Part shown: piece after piece, positions 8,874 to 17,681 of the stretch | Layout: each line of letters begins with the position of its first letter | Numbering within the stretch: position 1 is the stretch's first letter | Source of the DNA: Mycobacterium tuberculosis H37Rv | GTDB lineage: Bacteria; Actinomycetota; Actinomycetes; Mycobacteriales; Mycobacteriaceae | NCBI RefSeq assembly: GCF_000195955.2 | Contig: NC_000962.3 | Coordinates: 3,600,001 to 3,632,000 of the forward strand | Reading direction: 5' to 3' | DNA: 32,000 nucleotides | Notes under the pieces: model-generated | Database searches by the model: none | What the model was told of the DNA's origin: nothing | What the model saw: the letters and a program-made list of their open reading frames with translations, nothing else | Translations under genes and position numbers: made by a program

Positions 8874-9757
8874 CGGGCGATCAACGTGGCCACATAGTCG
8901 TCGACGTATGTCGACAACTCGCGGGGCGGACGCCTGTAGTTGCCACTCACAAGCGGCCGTGGCGGCAGCTTGACCTTTGGCTTTTCCACATCTGCGTAGT
9001 CAATCGTGGACAGCAAGTGGGCCATCATGTTCAGCCGCGCGTGCTTTTTGATATCAGACTCCACCACGTACCAGGGGCTGACGGGGGTGTCGGTATGCAC
9101 CATCATCTCGTCCTTTGCGCGCGAATAGTCCTCCCACCGATACACCGATTCCAGGTCCATTGGGCTGAGCTTCCATTGCCGGACCGGGTCATTCCGTCGA
9201 GCCTTGAATCGGCGCAACTGTTCGGCGTCTGAGACTGAAAACCAGTATTTGCGAAGCAGAATCCCGTCATCGATCAGCATCTGCTCGAAAATCGGGGTCT
9301 GCCGCAAAAACAACACATACTCCTGCGGCGTACAGAAACCCATGACCTTCTCCACACCGGCGCGGTTGTACCAGGACCGATCGAAGAGCACTATCTCACC
9401 TTTGGCGGGAAGATGGGCAATATAACGCTGGTAGTACCACTGACCCCGCTCGCGATCCGTCGGCGCGGGCAATGCCGCGATACGAGCCACTCGCGGGTTG
9501 AGGTACTCGGTGATCCGTTTGATGGCGCCACCCTTACCAGCTCCGTCACGGCCTTCGAAGATGACCACCAGACGCGCACCCGAATGCCGGGCCCACTCTT
9601 GCAGCTTCACGAATTCTGTTTGCAGCCGAAACAATTCGGCTTGGTAGACGGCATCGGAGATCTTGCGCCGGCCCGGCGCAGCTGATCTGTGTCCCTTCGC
9701 TCTCGACGACGCGCCGTCGTTGGTCGCGGTGCTCACATCAACGGATGGTATATCCAC
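8870..9757 (-). CDS. ppk2: Polyphosphate kinase 2
   Basis: 295 aa with the PPK2 Walker A GRDGAGKGGAIKRI, RGQWYYQRYIAHLP, and Walker B/lid FDRSWYNRAGVEKVMGF. Confidence 0.95.
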   Translation of the reverse strand: MDIPSVDVSTATNDGASSRAKGHRSAAPGRRKISDAVYQAELFRLQTEFVKLQEWARHSGARLVVIFEGRDGAGKGGAIKRITEYLNPRVARIAALPAPTDRERGQWYYQRYIAHLPAKGEIVLFDRSWYNRAGVEKVMGFCTPQEYVLFLRQTPIFEQMLIDDGILLRKYWFSVSDAEQLRRFKARRNDPVRQWKLSPMDLESVYRWEDYSRAKDEMMVHTDTPVSPWYVVESDIKKHARLNMMAHLLSTIDYADVEKPKVKLPPRPLVSGNYRRPPRELSTYVDDYVATLIAR

Positions 9758-9780
9758 ACATCACCATCGACCCCTAACAA

Positions 9781-10383
9781 CTACCGCGAAGCCTCCAGAA
9801 GCTCGTCCAGTGCTTGGCTCAACAGCCCCGGCAGCAGATCGACATCGCTCATCGCGTCGCGGTCGGCATTGATGCCGAAATACAACATCCCGTTATACGA
9901 CGTCACGCTGATGGCCAGCGCCTGGTTGTGCAGTAGCGGCGGCACGGAGTAGGTCTCCAGCAGCTTGGTACCCGCAATGTACATCTGCGACTGGGTTCCG
10001 GGGGCATTGGTGATCAACAGATTGAACAACCGTGCCGAAAAGCTAGTGGCGACCCGCACCCCCATGGCGTGCAAAGTGGCCGGTGCTAACCCCGACAACG
10101 TGACGATAGTCCTGGCATCGACCAGGCTGGCGGCGGTCGGGTTGGATTCGGTGGCGTGCGCGATCTGCGACAACCGCACTACGGCATTGCCCTCCCCCAC
10201 CGGGAGGTCAACCAAGAACGGTGTCACCTGGCTGATCGCCTGACCAGGGCCGGTTGAGTCGAGTTGGTCGTCGGCATAGACCGACAGCGGCGCCATCGCC
10301 CGAACAGTCGCGGTCGGTGCCACAGCTTCACCGCGTGACATCAGCCAGTTGCCCAAGGCACCGGCAATCACCGTCAGCACCAC
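9781..10383 (-). CDS. C-terminal half of a WS/DGAT-type (acyl-CoA:diacylglycerol acyltransferase) protein (Rv3233c-like)
   Basis: 200-aa ORF with DGAT C-terminal features LLITNAPGTQSQMYIAGTKLLETYSVPPLLHNQALAISVTSYNGMLYFGINAD. It continues the product of 10374-11189 in another frame. Confidence 0.85.
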   Translation of the reverse strand: MVLTVIAGALGNWLMSRGEAVAPTATVRAMAPLSVYADDQLDSTGPGQAISQVTPFLVDLPVGEGNAVVRLSQIAHATESNPTAASLVDARTIVTLSGLAPATLHAMGVRVATSFSARLFNLLITNAPGTQSQMYIAGTKLLETYSVPPLLHNQALAISVTSYNGMLYFGINADRDAMSDVDLLPGLLSQALDELLEASR

Positions 10384-11189
10384 GTCGTGGAGTCACAGTC
10401 GTAGCGAGCCCGCACCGTGCGATAGTCATCAAGACTTGCACGGGCAACCGTAAATCGCCGATTACGCGACACGGTGGCATTGAGCGGGCTACTGGGCGCG
10501 GTGCCCCGTGCCACCGTGCGGGCGATATCGAGAACCTTGCGGCCCGTCTCGACGAGTTGGCCGGAATTCGTTACCAACCCGGCGACCGCGGATCCGACGG
10601 CCTGTAGTTGTGCGCCCGGCCGCACCAGCCAGTCCCCGACCGCGCGCAGCAGCAACCGCGTGGTGCCGGGGTCCCGTTCCGGGACCCAGATGTCTTCCGG
10701 AAACGCCGGTGGACGCCGCGTCCGGTCGGCGATCACGTGGCCTATCGCCAGCGCGGTCACCCCGTTGATCAGGGCTTGGTGCGACTTGGTGTAGAGGGCA
10801 ATGCGATTCTTTTCCAGACCCTCGACGAGATACATCTCCCACAATGGCCGCGATTTGTCCAGCGGCCGAGCGGCCAGCCGTGCGATCAGCTCGTGCAGTT
10901 GCTCGTCACTACCCGGCGACGGCAGGGCCGACCGCCGGACGTGGTAGGTGATGTCGAAGTCGCGATCGTCGATCCACACCGGCCTGGCCAGGCCCAATTT
11001 CACTTCCTGGACTTTCTGACGATAGCGCGGTATCTGCGGCAGCCGCTGTTCGACGGTTTCCAGCAGTGCCTCGTAGCTCAATCCGGCACGCGGACGGCGC
11101 AGGATCAACAGCAACCCGACATACATTGGGGTGGCTGTGTTCTCCAGCTGATAGAAGGAGGCGTCCGATGCAGACAACCGGGTGACCAC
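10374..11189 (-). CDS. tgs3: N-terminal half of a WS/DGAT-type triacylglycerol synthase
   Basis: 271-aa ORF starting MVTRLSASDASFYQLENTATPMYVG, typical of WS/DGAT. The active-site motif is degenerate (SHQALINGV instead of HHxxxDG). Confidence 0.88.
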   Translation of the reverse strand: MVTRLSASDASFYQLENTATPMYVGLLLILRRPRAGLSYEALLETVEQRLPQIPRYRQKVQEVKLGLARPVWIDDRDFDITYHVRRSALPSPGSDEQLHELIARLAARPLDKSRPLWEMYLVEGLEKNRIALYTKSHQALINGVTALAIGHVIADRTRRPPAFPEDIWVPERDPGTTRLLLRAVGDWLVRPGAQLQAVGSAVAGLVTNSGQLVETGRKVLDIARTVARGTAPSSPLNATVSRNRRFTVARASLDDYRTVRARYDCDSTTWC

Positions 11190-11299
11190 TACGGCCCTGT
11201 CCTCCTTGTCAATTCGTCGCGACGAGTCACGTCGTCGCCCACGCTAACGGTTAGCCCGACCACTTCACGGCGCGGGTACACGCAAGCCCGCATTGTGCG

Positions 11300-11941
11300 A
11301 TGATGGCCAGCAACCAAACCGCTGCGCAACACTCGTCTGCCACTCTCCAGCAGGCTCCTCGTTCGATCGATGATGCTGGAGGGTGCCCCTTGACCATCAG
11401 TCCTATCGCGAACTCACCGGGCGACACCTTCGCCGTCACACCCGTCGTCGAGTACGAGCCGCCGCCGCGAAACATCCCGCCGTGCGGGCAATCATCGCAC
11501 GCAGCCCGGCGGCCGCACACCCCGCAGCTAGCTCGCCGACAACCAATCAGGCCGAGCGGCCGGGCACCGGCAGCGGTCACCTCCACGGCCAAGTCACCGC
11601 GGCTGCGTCAAGCGGGGACCTTCGCCGATGCCGCGCTACGCCGAGTGCTGGAGGTCATCGACCGCCGCCGCCCGGTGGGCCAGCTGCGCCCCCTGCTGGC
11701 ACCCGGCCTCGTCGACTCCGTGCTCGCGGTGAGCCGCACGGCGGCCGGACACCAACAAGGCGCGGCCATGCTGCGCCGCATCCGGCTGACACCGGCCGGA
11801 CCCGACACCGCGGACACCGCCGCCGAGGTCTTCGGCACCTACAGTCGCGGGGACCGGATCCATGCGATCGCCTGCCGGGTGGAACAACGGCCCGCCGGTA
11901 ACGAAACCCGATGGCTGATGGTCGCCCTGCACATCGGGTGA
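11300..11941 (+). CDS. Rv3235-family (DUF6459-like) hypothetical protein
   Basis: 213-aa ORF with a low-complexity N-terminus and a conserved-looking C-terminal domain (LRRVLEVIDRRRPVGQLRPLLAPGLVDSV ... RIHAIACRVEQ). It is divergent from the tgs3 gene. Confidence 0.8.
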   Translation: MMASNQTAAQHSSATLQQAPRSIDDAGGCPLTISPIANSPGDTFAVTPVVEYEPPPRNIPPCGQSSHAARRPHTPQLARRQPIRPSGRAPAAVTSTAKSPRLRQAGTFADAALRRVLEVIDRRRPVGQLRPLLAPGLVDSVLAVSRTAAGHQQGAAMLRRIRLTPAGPDTADTAAEVFGTYSRGDRIHAIACRVEQRPAGNETRWLMVALHIG

Positions 11942-11958
11942 GATCGCCGGCCCACACC

Positions 11959-13116
11959 CTAGTTCGAAGCTACTGCGGCGGCCGGCAGCCCACCGCCGGT
12001 GTAGCGGGCCAGTATCGGACCGACGATCGCCATGACGAACACATACGCCGTGGCCAAGGCGGCAACCCCCGGGATCGAGGCACCGGCCAGCCCGATGATG
12101 ATCAAAGAAAACTCCCCCCGGGCAACGAGCGCGGTGCCAGCACGCAGCTGCCCACGCCGTGCCACTCCCTCCCGCCGGGCAGCGAACATCCCGGTGGCCA
12201 CCTTGGTCGCTGCGGTGACAGCGGCCAGGGCCAGCGCTACCGGAAGCATTGAAACGAGCTTTCCCGGGTCAACCGACAGGCCGATTCCCAGGAAGAAGAT
12301 CGTGGCGAACAAGTCACGCAGCGGAGTCAGCACCATGCGTGCCCGGTCTGCGGTCTCCCCGGTAAGCGTGAGGCCTACCAGAAACGCACCCACAGCCGCC
12401 GACGCGTGCAGCGACTCGGCCACCGCCGCCACGATCAAGGTGATGCCCAGCACCCGCAACAACAATTGTTCGGAATCAGGATGAGTCACCAACCGGCCGA
12501 CATGATGACCCCAACGATACGACGCCGCGAACGCCCCAAGCAAAGCGGCGATCGCCACCGTCATGCCCACGACCGCCTCGAGCCAGCTGCCGTCTGTCGC
12601 GAGAACCGCGAACAGCGGCAAGTAGGCCGCCATCGCGAAGTCTTCGAGCACCAGCACCGACAGCACAGCCGGCGTTTCCCGGTTGCCGAGCCGACGCAGG
12701 TCCTCCAACAGCCGCGCGATCACACCCGAGGAGGAAATGTAGGTGACCCCGGCCAGACCGAGGATGGCAACACCGTCCAACCCCAAAAGCCAGCCCGCCA
12801 CCGCACCGGGCGTGGCGTTGAGGACGATATCGACACCCGCCGACGGCAGGTGGTGGCGCAGACTGCTGGCGAACTCGGTCGCAGAAAACTCCAGACCCAG
12901 GGCCAAAAGCAACAACACGACACCGATGGGCGCACCGGTAGCGATGAACTCACCGGCGGCGGCCACCCCCAAGATGCCGCCATTGCCTAACGACAAACCC
13001 GCCAACAAATACACCGGAATCGGCGACAACGCGAATCGTCGTGCCACTGCACCCAGCACCGCAAGCACCGCCAACAGGACGCCGAGCTCAAACAACAGCG
13101 CCCTCGAAACCTCCAC
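11959..13116 (-). CDS. kefB: CPA2-family cation/proton antiporter, KefB-like membrane protein
   Basis: 385 aa, highly hydrophobic, Na+/H+ exchanger-like (PVYLLAGLSLGNGGILG, VGAFLVGLTLTG). There is no C-terminal RCK/TrkA-N domain. Confidence 0.92.
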   Translation of the reverse strand: MEVSRALLFELGVLLAVLAVLGAVARRFALSPIPVYLLAGLSLGNGGILGVAAAGEFIATGAPIGVVLLLLALGLEFSATEFASSLRHHLPSAGVDIVLNATPGAVAGWLLGLDGVAILGLAGVTYISSSGVIARLLEDLRRLGNRETPAVLSVLVLEDFAMAAYLPLFAVLATDGSWLEAVVGMTVAIAALLGAFAASYRWGHHVGRLVTHPDSEQLLLRVLGITLIVAAVAESLHASAAVGAFLVGLTLTGETADRARMVLTPLRDLFATIFFLGIGLSVDPGKLVSMLPVALALAAVTAATKVATGMFAARREGVARRGQLRAGTALVARGEFSLIIIGLAGASIPGVAALATAYVFVMAIVGPILARYTGGGLPAAAVASN

Positions 13117-13120
13117 CGGT

Positions 13121-13603
13121 TCAGCCCTTTTCGACGATCTGTTCGACCCCGGCGATCCCGTCCTCGGTGCCGATCACGATGAGGACATCTCCGGCTCGCA
13201 GCACATCAGTCGGGCCCGGCGAGGCCAACACATCCTCGTCACGCACGATCGCCACAATCGACGCGCCGGTACGGGTGCGCGCACGGGTATCACCCAGCGG
13301 CCGGTCCACAAACAAGCTACCCGCCCGGATGTGAATCTGACCGGCCTTAAGCCCGGGCACCTCACGCGTCAGCTCGGTAAATCGCTCGGCGATCCTCGGC
13401 GCACCCAGAATCTGAGCCACCGCCTCGGCCTCTTCATCGGTGAGCCGCAAAACCGGTCGGGCTTCGTCCGGATCATCGCGGCCATACAGGACGACGTCGA
13501 AACCGCCACTGCGCCTGGCAACGATGCCGATCCGGTCACCGCGATAGCTGGTGAACTCGTATCGCAGGCCCACCCCCGGCAGCAGCACCTCCTTGACGTC
13601 CAT
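13121..13603 (-). CDS. Stand-alone TrkA-C/RCK_C regulatory subunit for the adjacent antiporter (KhtT-like, Rv3237c-like)
   Basis: 160 aa from the ATG at 13601-13603. C-terminal GASIVAIVRDEDVLASPGPTDVLRAGDVLIVIGTEDGI is a TrkA-C fold signature. It ends 4 nt before the antiporter gene. Confidence 0.9.
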   Translation of the reverse strand: MDVKEVLLPGVGLRYEFTSYRGDRIGIVARRSGGFDVVLYGRDDPDEARPVLRLTDEEAEAVAQILGAPRIAERFTELTREVPGLKAGQIHIRAGSLFVDRPLGDTRARTRTGASIVAIVRDEDVLASPGPTDVLRAGDVLIVIGTEDGIAGVEQIVEKG

Positions 13604-13663
13604 AGGAGTCAATCCTTGACGAAATGCGGCCAAGATAGAAGCGGTACGGGCAATCTCGTTGAC

Positions 13664-14398
13664 TCAGGTATGCCGGTGCGGCCACGGCAACAACATCGAC
13701 ACCTCGCGGCGGTAATCGCGGTATTGGTCGCCCAGCGCCGCGAGTAGGTCGCGCTCTTCGAACTGCAACGCGACCAAGATGTAGCCCGTCGCGCCGATCG
13801 CGAAAAGCAAGTGCCCCGCCGTCATCATGGGCGTCGCCCAGAACGCGACGACGAATCCGAGCATGATCGGGTGGCGTACCCACCGGTAGAGCAGATGAGC
13901 CTGAAAACCGATCTCGGTGTACGGCTTTCCGCGCCAAGCCAAATACACCTGCCGTAGGCCGAACAATTCGAAATGATTGATCATGAAAGTCGACGTCAAC
14001 ACCGTGGCCCACCCGAGCCAGAACAACGCCCACAACGCCACCCGGCCAGCCGGCTGCCGCACGTCCCAGATGACCGCCGGCATCGTTCGCCATTGCCAGT
14101 ACAGCAACAACAGCGCAACGCTGGCCAGCAGTACATAGGTGCTGCGCTCGATCGAGGGCGGCACGAATCGAGTCCACCAGCGTTTGAAACCCTGTCGTGC
14201 CATCACGCTATGTTGGACGGCGAACACGCCCAGCAGCACCAAGTTGACCACGACCGCCTGGCCGATCGGCGCCGCGATCGCGTGATCTACGGTTCGTGGC
14301 ACCACTACGTCGCCGACGAAACCGATCGCATACCCGAAGGCAACCAGGAATACCAGATAGCTCGCGGCCCCGTAAATGATCGTCAAATAACGCTTCAT
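13664..14398 (-). CDS. mddA: NnrU/isoprenylcysteine-methyltransferase-like membrane protein, probable methanethiol S-methyltransferase (Rv3238c-like)
   Basis: 244 aa, multi-TM. C-terminal YTEIGFQAHLLYRWVRHPIMLGFVVAFWATPMMTAGHLLFAIGATGYILVALQFEERDL is typical of the ICMT/NnrU superfamily. MddA assignment is from family memory. Confidence 0.8.
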   Translation of the reverse strand: MKRYLTIIYGAASYLVFLVAFGYAIGFVGDVVVPRTVDHAIAAPIGQAVVVNLVLLGVFAVQHSVMARQGFKRWWTRFVPPSIERSTYVLLASVALLLLYWQWRTMPAVIWDVRQPAGRVALWALFWLGWATVLTSTFMINHFELFGLRQVYLAWRGKPYTEIGFQAHLLYRWVRHPIMLGFVVAFWATPMMTAGHLLFAIGATGYILVALQFEERDLLAALGDQYRDYRREVSMLLPWPHRHT

Positions 14399-14456
14399 AA
14401 CCTGATTCTGCTCCGCAGGAGTGTGCAGCTGGGGCGTTCGGCCCGATTGGCGCCAA

Positions 14457-17400
14457 TCAGCGATTCAACAGTGCCATGATGTGCGGCATGGCCTCGCGGG
14501 CCGCAACGCGTCCCGCCTCGCGGGCGGCGTCGATCTGGTGAAACTCCAGCAGCCCAACAGCACCGGTGTCGGGTCTGATAACGACCTGCGCAAGACTGAG
14601 TGCGGCATCCGCCCCACGCTGGCTGCCGATTGTCATCGTGCGCATCAAGGTGTCGCCGATTCCTGGCACTTTTGGCGAGCCGTCCTGTCGAGCCGAGCCC
14701 GGCCCGCCACCACCTAAGCCGATGCTCACCGCGATCAATGGGCCATCAGGACTTGCCCGGGTCGAGACCGGAAGGTTGTCTAACACACCGCCATCCACAT
14801 GCAGTCGACCGTTGTAGACCTGGGGCGGATAGATGCCCGGCAGCCGAAGGGAACACCCAATGACATCGACGAGTCGGCCTCGGCGGTGTACGACCGGTCG
14901 GCGGGCAAGCAAATCGACGCTAACGCAACGGAACTCCTTTGGCAGCTCCTCGACCAGTCGGTCCCCGAACGCTGCTTCTAATAGGGTCAGCGTCCGTCGA
15001 CCACGGACTAGCCCCCTGACCGGAAACGCGTAGTCACTGAGCGGATTGTGCCGAATGAAGTACTCGTATGCGTAGGCGTCCGCTGTTGCCGCGTCCATAC
15101 CGCACGCTCCGAACACCGCAATAACCGCCCCCATGCTGGTGCCGGCGAACCGGTCGATGGTGACCCCGACCCGCTCTAGCTCGTCAAGAACCCCGAGGTG
15201 CGCAAAGCCGCGCGCGCCACCGCCGCCGAGGACTAGACCGATCGAGCGGCCGGCGATGCGTGCGGCGAGCGGGCGTACGTTTTCCAAGATGCGTCGGTAA
15301 TGAACCACATGAACCGATCGCGGCGTGATCAATTCCTCCCACTGACGCCGGTGCTCCCGGCTGGCGGCCGGACCGGCCAGCACGAGGTCGGCACCCCGCG
15401 CACGCGCCGGCAGCCGCGCGGCTTGTGGGTTGGGATCTCCCGCGACCAGCACTATCCGGTCGGCGACGCGCAGGCAGAAGTCCCGCCAGCCGGCATCCTC
15501 GACCGCGGCATGTAGCACTACCTTGTCGGCGACTCGCTCCGCGCGATCAAGGCCGTCGCGGTCGACCCGGCCGGGGTCAACGGCACGCAACCGCGCCGAC
15601 AGCGCGGTAAGCAGGCCAGCGGCCACTGCCGGCACGGGCGCGTCGCCGCTCACTCCGATCACCGAAACGACCACCTCAGGCGACGTCGAGTCAGTCGCCG
15701 GTGGCGGTGCCTCCCGCAGCCGCGTTGCCAGCACCTTTACCAACGCCGCCAGCGCACCATGGTCGGCGATCTCGTCGAACTGTGCCTTGGTGAGCCGCAC
15801 TAGCTTGGTGTCGCGCAACGCCCGGACCGTCGCGGACCGGGGCGCGTCAATAAGTAGCCCAAGCTCCCCGAGAACCTCCCCGCGACCCAGTTCTTTGAGA
15901 ACGATGCTGTCCTGCAGCACCTGCACGCGACCCGTGCGGATCACGTAAAGCGAATCGGACGGGTCACCTTCGTGGAAGAGATAGCAACCCGCCTCCAACT
16001 CGACGTCCTCAACGTGCTCCCCGAGCTGTGCCAAGGTGGCCGCGTCCAGGCCGGCAAATAGCGGCAGATTCCCCAGCGGATCGGCGTCACCGGCCGCCCA
16101 ATGCTCAATCGGCGCGGCCGCCGGCTGGGGAATCGGTGGCTCCAACCGCGGCGCGATCGCGGGCTCCGGCGCCGGCATCTGGACGGGGTTGCGGTTGGTT
16201 CTACCCAGCACCGCGGCCGCGACAGCCACCGCGATGAAACAGATGGCAGCCATAGCCCATCCGCGCCGCAACGCCTCCTCGGCAGTACCGTGCTCCGGCT
16301 TACCGATCAAGATCACCATCACCGCGACACCGAGCACCGCACCGAGCTGGCGAGTGGTGCTAACGACCGCCGACGAGGTGGCATAGCTGCCGCCCTTGGC
16401 GACCTCGGCCAGCGCTGCACTGCTCAACACCGGCAACGTCGCGCCGACACCGATGCCCTGCAGCAGTTGGCCCGGCAGCCACACGCGGAGGAAATCCGGC
16501 TCGGACCCGACACGCTGCAAATACCACACCAGGCTGCCGGCCCAGACCAGCGCACCAACGAGGACGATGACGCGATGCCCATGCCGACCGGCAACCCGAC
16601 CCAGCGCCGCCGCCACCACGGCAGCCACCACCGCAGCGGGCGCGATCGCGAAACCCGCCTTCAGCAGCGAGTAGTGCCACACATAGTTGAGGTAAAGCAC
16701 ATGGGTAAGGCCATAGCAGTAAAAACCCGCTGCGGCGACCAGCGTGAGCAGGTTGCCCGCCACGAACGACCGGCTACGCAACAGCGCCGGCTCGACCAGC
16801 GGCGCGGGGTGCGACCGCGAGCTGTGCACGAACCCAACCGAGGTCAGGACGCTGGCCAGGAACGAACCGACGGTGGCCACGCTCAACCAACCCCAGTCCG
16901 GCCCCTTGACCAAACCGAGGGTAACCAACCCGAGCGTTACCGCAAGCAGCAGCGCACCGCGCAAGTCAGGCATGCGGCGCCGGCCCGAGGCGCGGCTCTC
17001 GACGAGCATGCGCTTGGTGGCGATCGCCGCGACGATGCCCAGCGGAACATTGACCAGTAACACCCACCGCCAGCCGGCCCACTCCACGAGGAGCCCGCCG
17101 ATCGGCGGGCCCAGGCCAGCCGCGATCGCTGCCGCCGCACCCCACAGGCCGATAGCGTGCGCGCGGCGCGCCGCGTCGAAGCCCTCAACGACCAGTGCGA
17201 GCGAAGCAGGCACGAGTATCGCAGCCCCGATGCCCTGCAGCACCCGGAACGCCACCAACTGCTCGACACTGCCGGCGACGGCGCACAGCCCGGACGCAAT
17301 GGTGAACACCAGCACACCGGACAGGAATGTCCGTCTGCGGCCCAGCAAATCGGCCAACCTGCCGGCCGCAACCATGAAGGCGGCGAAGACGATGTTATAG

Positions 17401-17603
17401 CCGTTCAGAATCCAGGACAGGCTCCCGATGTCGTAGGACGGGAAGGAACGCTGGATATCCGGGAACGCGATGTTGACGATTGTCGAGTCGAGAAACGCCA
17501 GGAAAGCGCCGAACCCCGCTACCAGCAGAACCGACGCCGACGAAGGTCGGCGACGACGGGTGAGATTAGCGAACCCCTTGCCGCCGTGCAACGAAATGTG
17601 CAT
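14457..17603 (-). CDS. Triple-domain protein: DHA2-type MFS transporter + cyclic-nucleotide-binding domain + patatin-like phospholipase (Rv3239c-like)
   Basis: 1048 aa from the ATG at 17601-17603. MFS: FLDSTIVNIAFPDIQ, ADLLGRRRTFL. cNMP: HEGDPSDSLYVIRTGRVQVL, LGELGLLIDAPRSATVRAL. Patatin: GGGGARGFAHLGVLDEL, GTSMG, VDGGVLDNLP. Confidence 0.94.
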   Translation of the reverse strand: MHISLHGGKGFANLTRRRRPSSASVLLVAGFGAFLAFLDSTIVNIAFPDIQRSFPSYDIGSLSWILNGYNIVFAAFMVAAGRLADLLGRRRTFLSGVLVFTIASGLCAVAGSVEQLVAFRVLQGIGAAILVPASLALVVEGFDAARRAHAIGLWGAAAAIAAGLGPPIGGLLVEWAGWRWVLLVNVPLGIVAAIATKRMLVESRASGRRRMPDLRGALLLAVTLGLVTLGLVKGPDWGWLSVATVGSFLASVLTSVGFVHSSRSHPAPLVEPALLRSRSFVAGNLLTLVAAAGFYCYGLTHVLYLNYVWHYSLLKAGFAIAPAAVVAAVVAAALGRVAGRHGHRVIVLVGALVWAGSLVWYLQRVGSEPDFLRVWLPGQLLQGIGVGATLPVLSSAALAEVAKGGSYATSSAVVSTTRQLGAVLGVAVMVILIGKPEHGTAEEALRRGWAMAAICFIAVAVAAAVLGRTNRNPVQMPAPEPAIAPRLEPPIPQPAAAPIEHWAAGDADPLGNLPLFAGLDAATLAQLGEHVEDVELEAGCYLFHEGDPSDSLYVIRTGRVQVLQDSIVLKELGRGEVLGELGLLIDAPRSATVRALRDTKLVRLTKAQFDEIADHGALAALVKVLATRLREAPPPATDSTSPEVVVSVIGVSGDAPVPAVAAGLLTALSARLRAVDPGRVDRDGLDRAERVADKVVLHAAVEDAGWRDFCLRVADRIVLVAGDPNPQAARLPARARGADLVLAGPAASREHRRQWEELITPRSVHVVHYRRILENVRPLAARIAGRSIGLVLGGGGARGFAHLGVLDELERVGVTIDRFAGTSMGAVIAVFGACGMDAATADAYAYEYFIRHNPLSDYAFPVRGLVRGRRTLTLLEAAFGDRLVEELPKEFRCVSVDLLARRPVVHRRGRLVDVIGCSLRLPGIYPPQVYNGRLHVDGGVLDNLPVSTRASPDGPLIAVSIGLGGGGPGSARQDGSPKVPGIGDTLMRTMTIGSQRGADAALSLAQVVIRPDTGAVGLLEFHQIDAAREAGRVAAREAMPHIMALLNR

Positions 17604-17681
17604 GCGCGCCGGGGCGCGGGGTGTGCCGGGAAGTGACTTCTGGGAACTGAGAAACCGATACACCCATCTGCAACCTACGCG

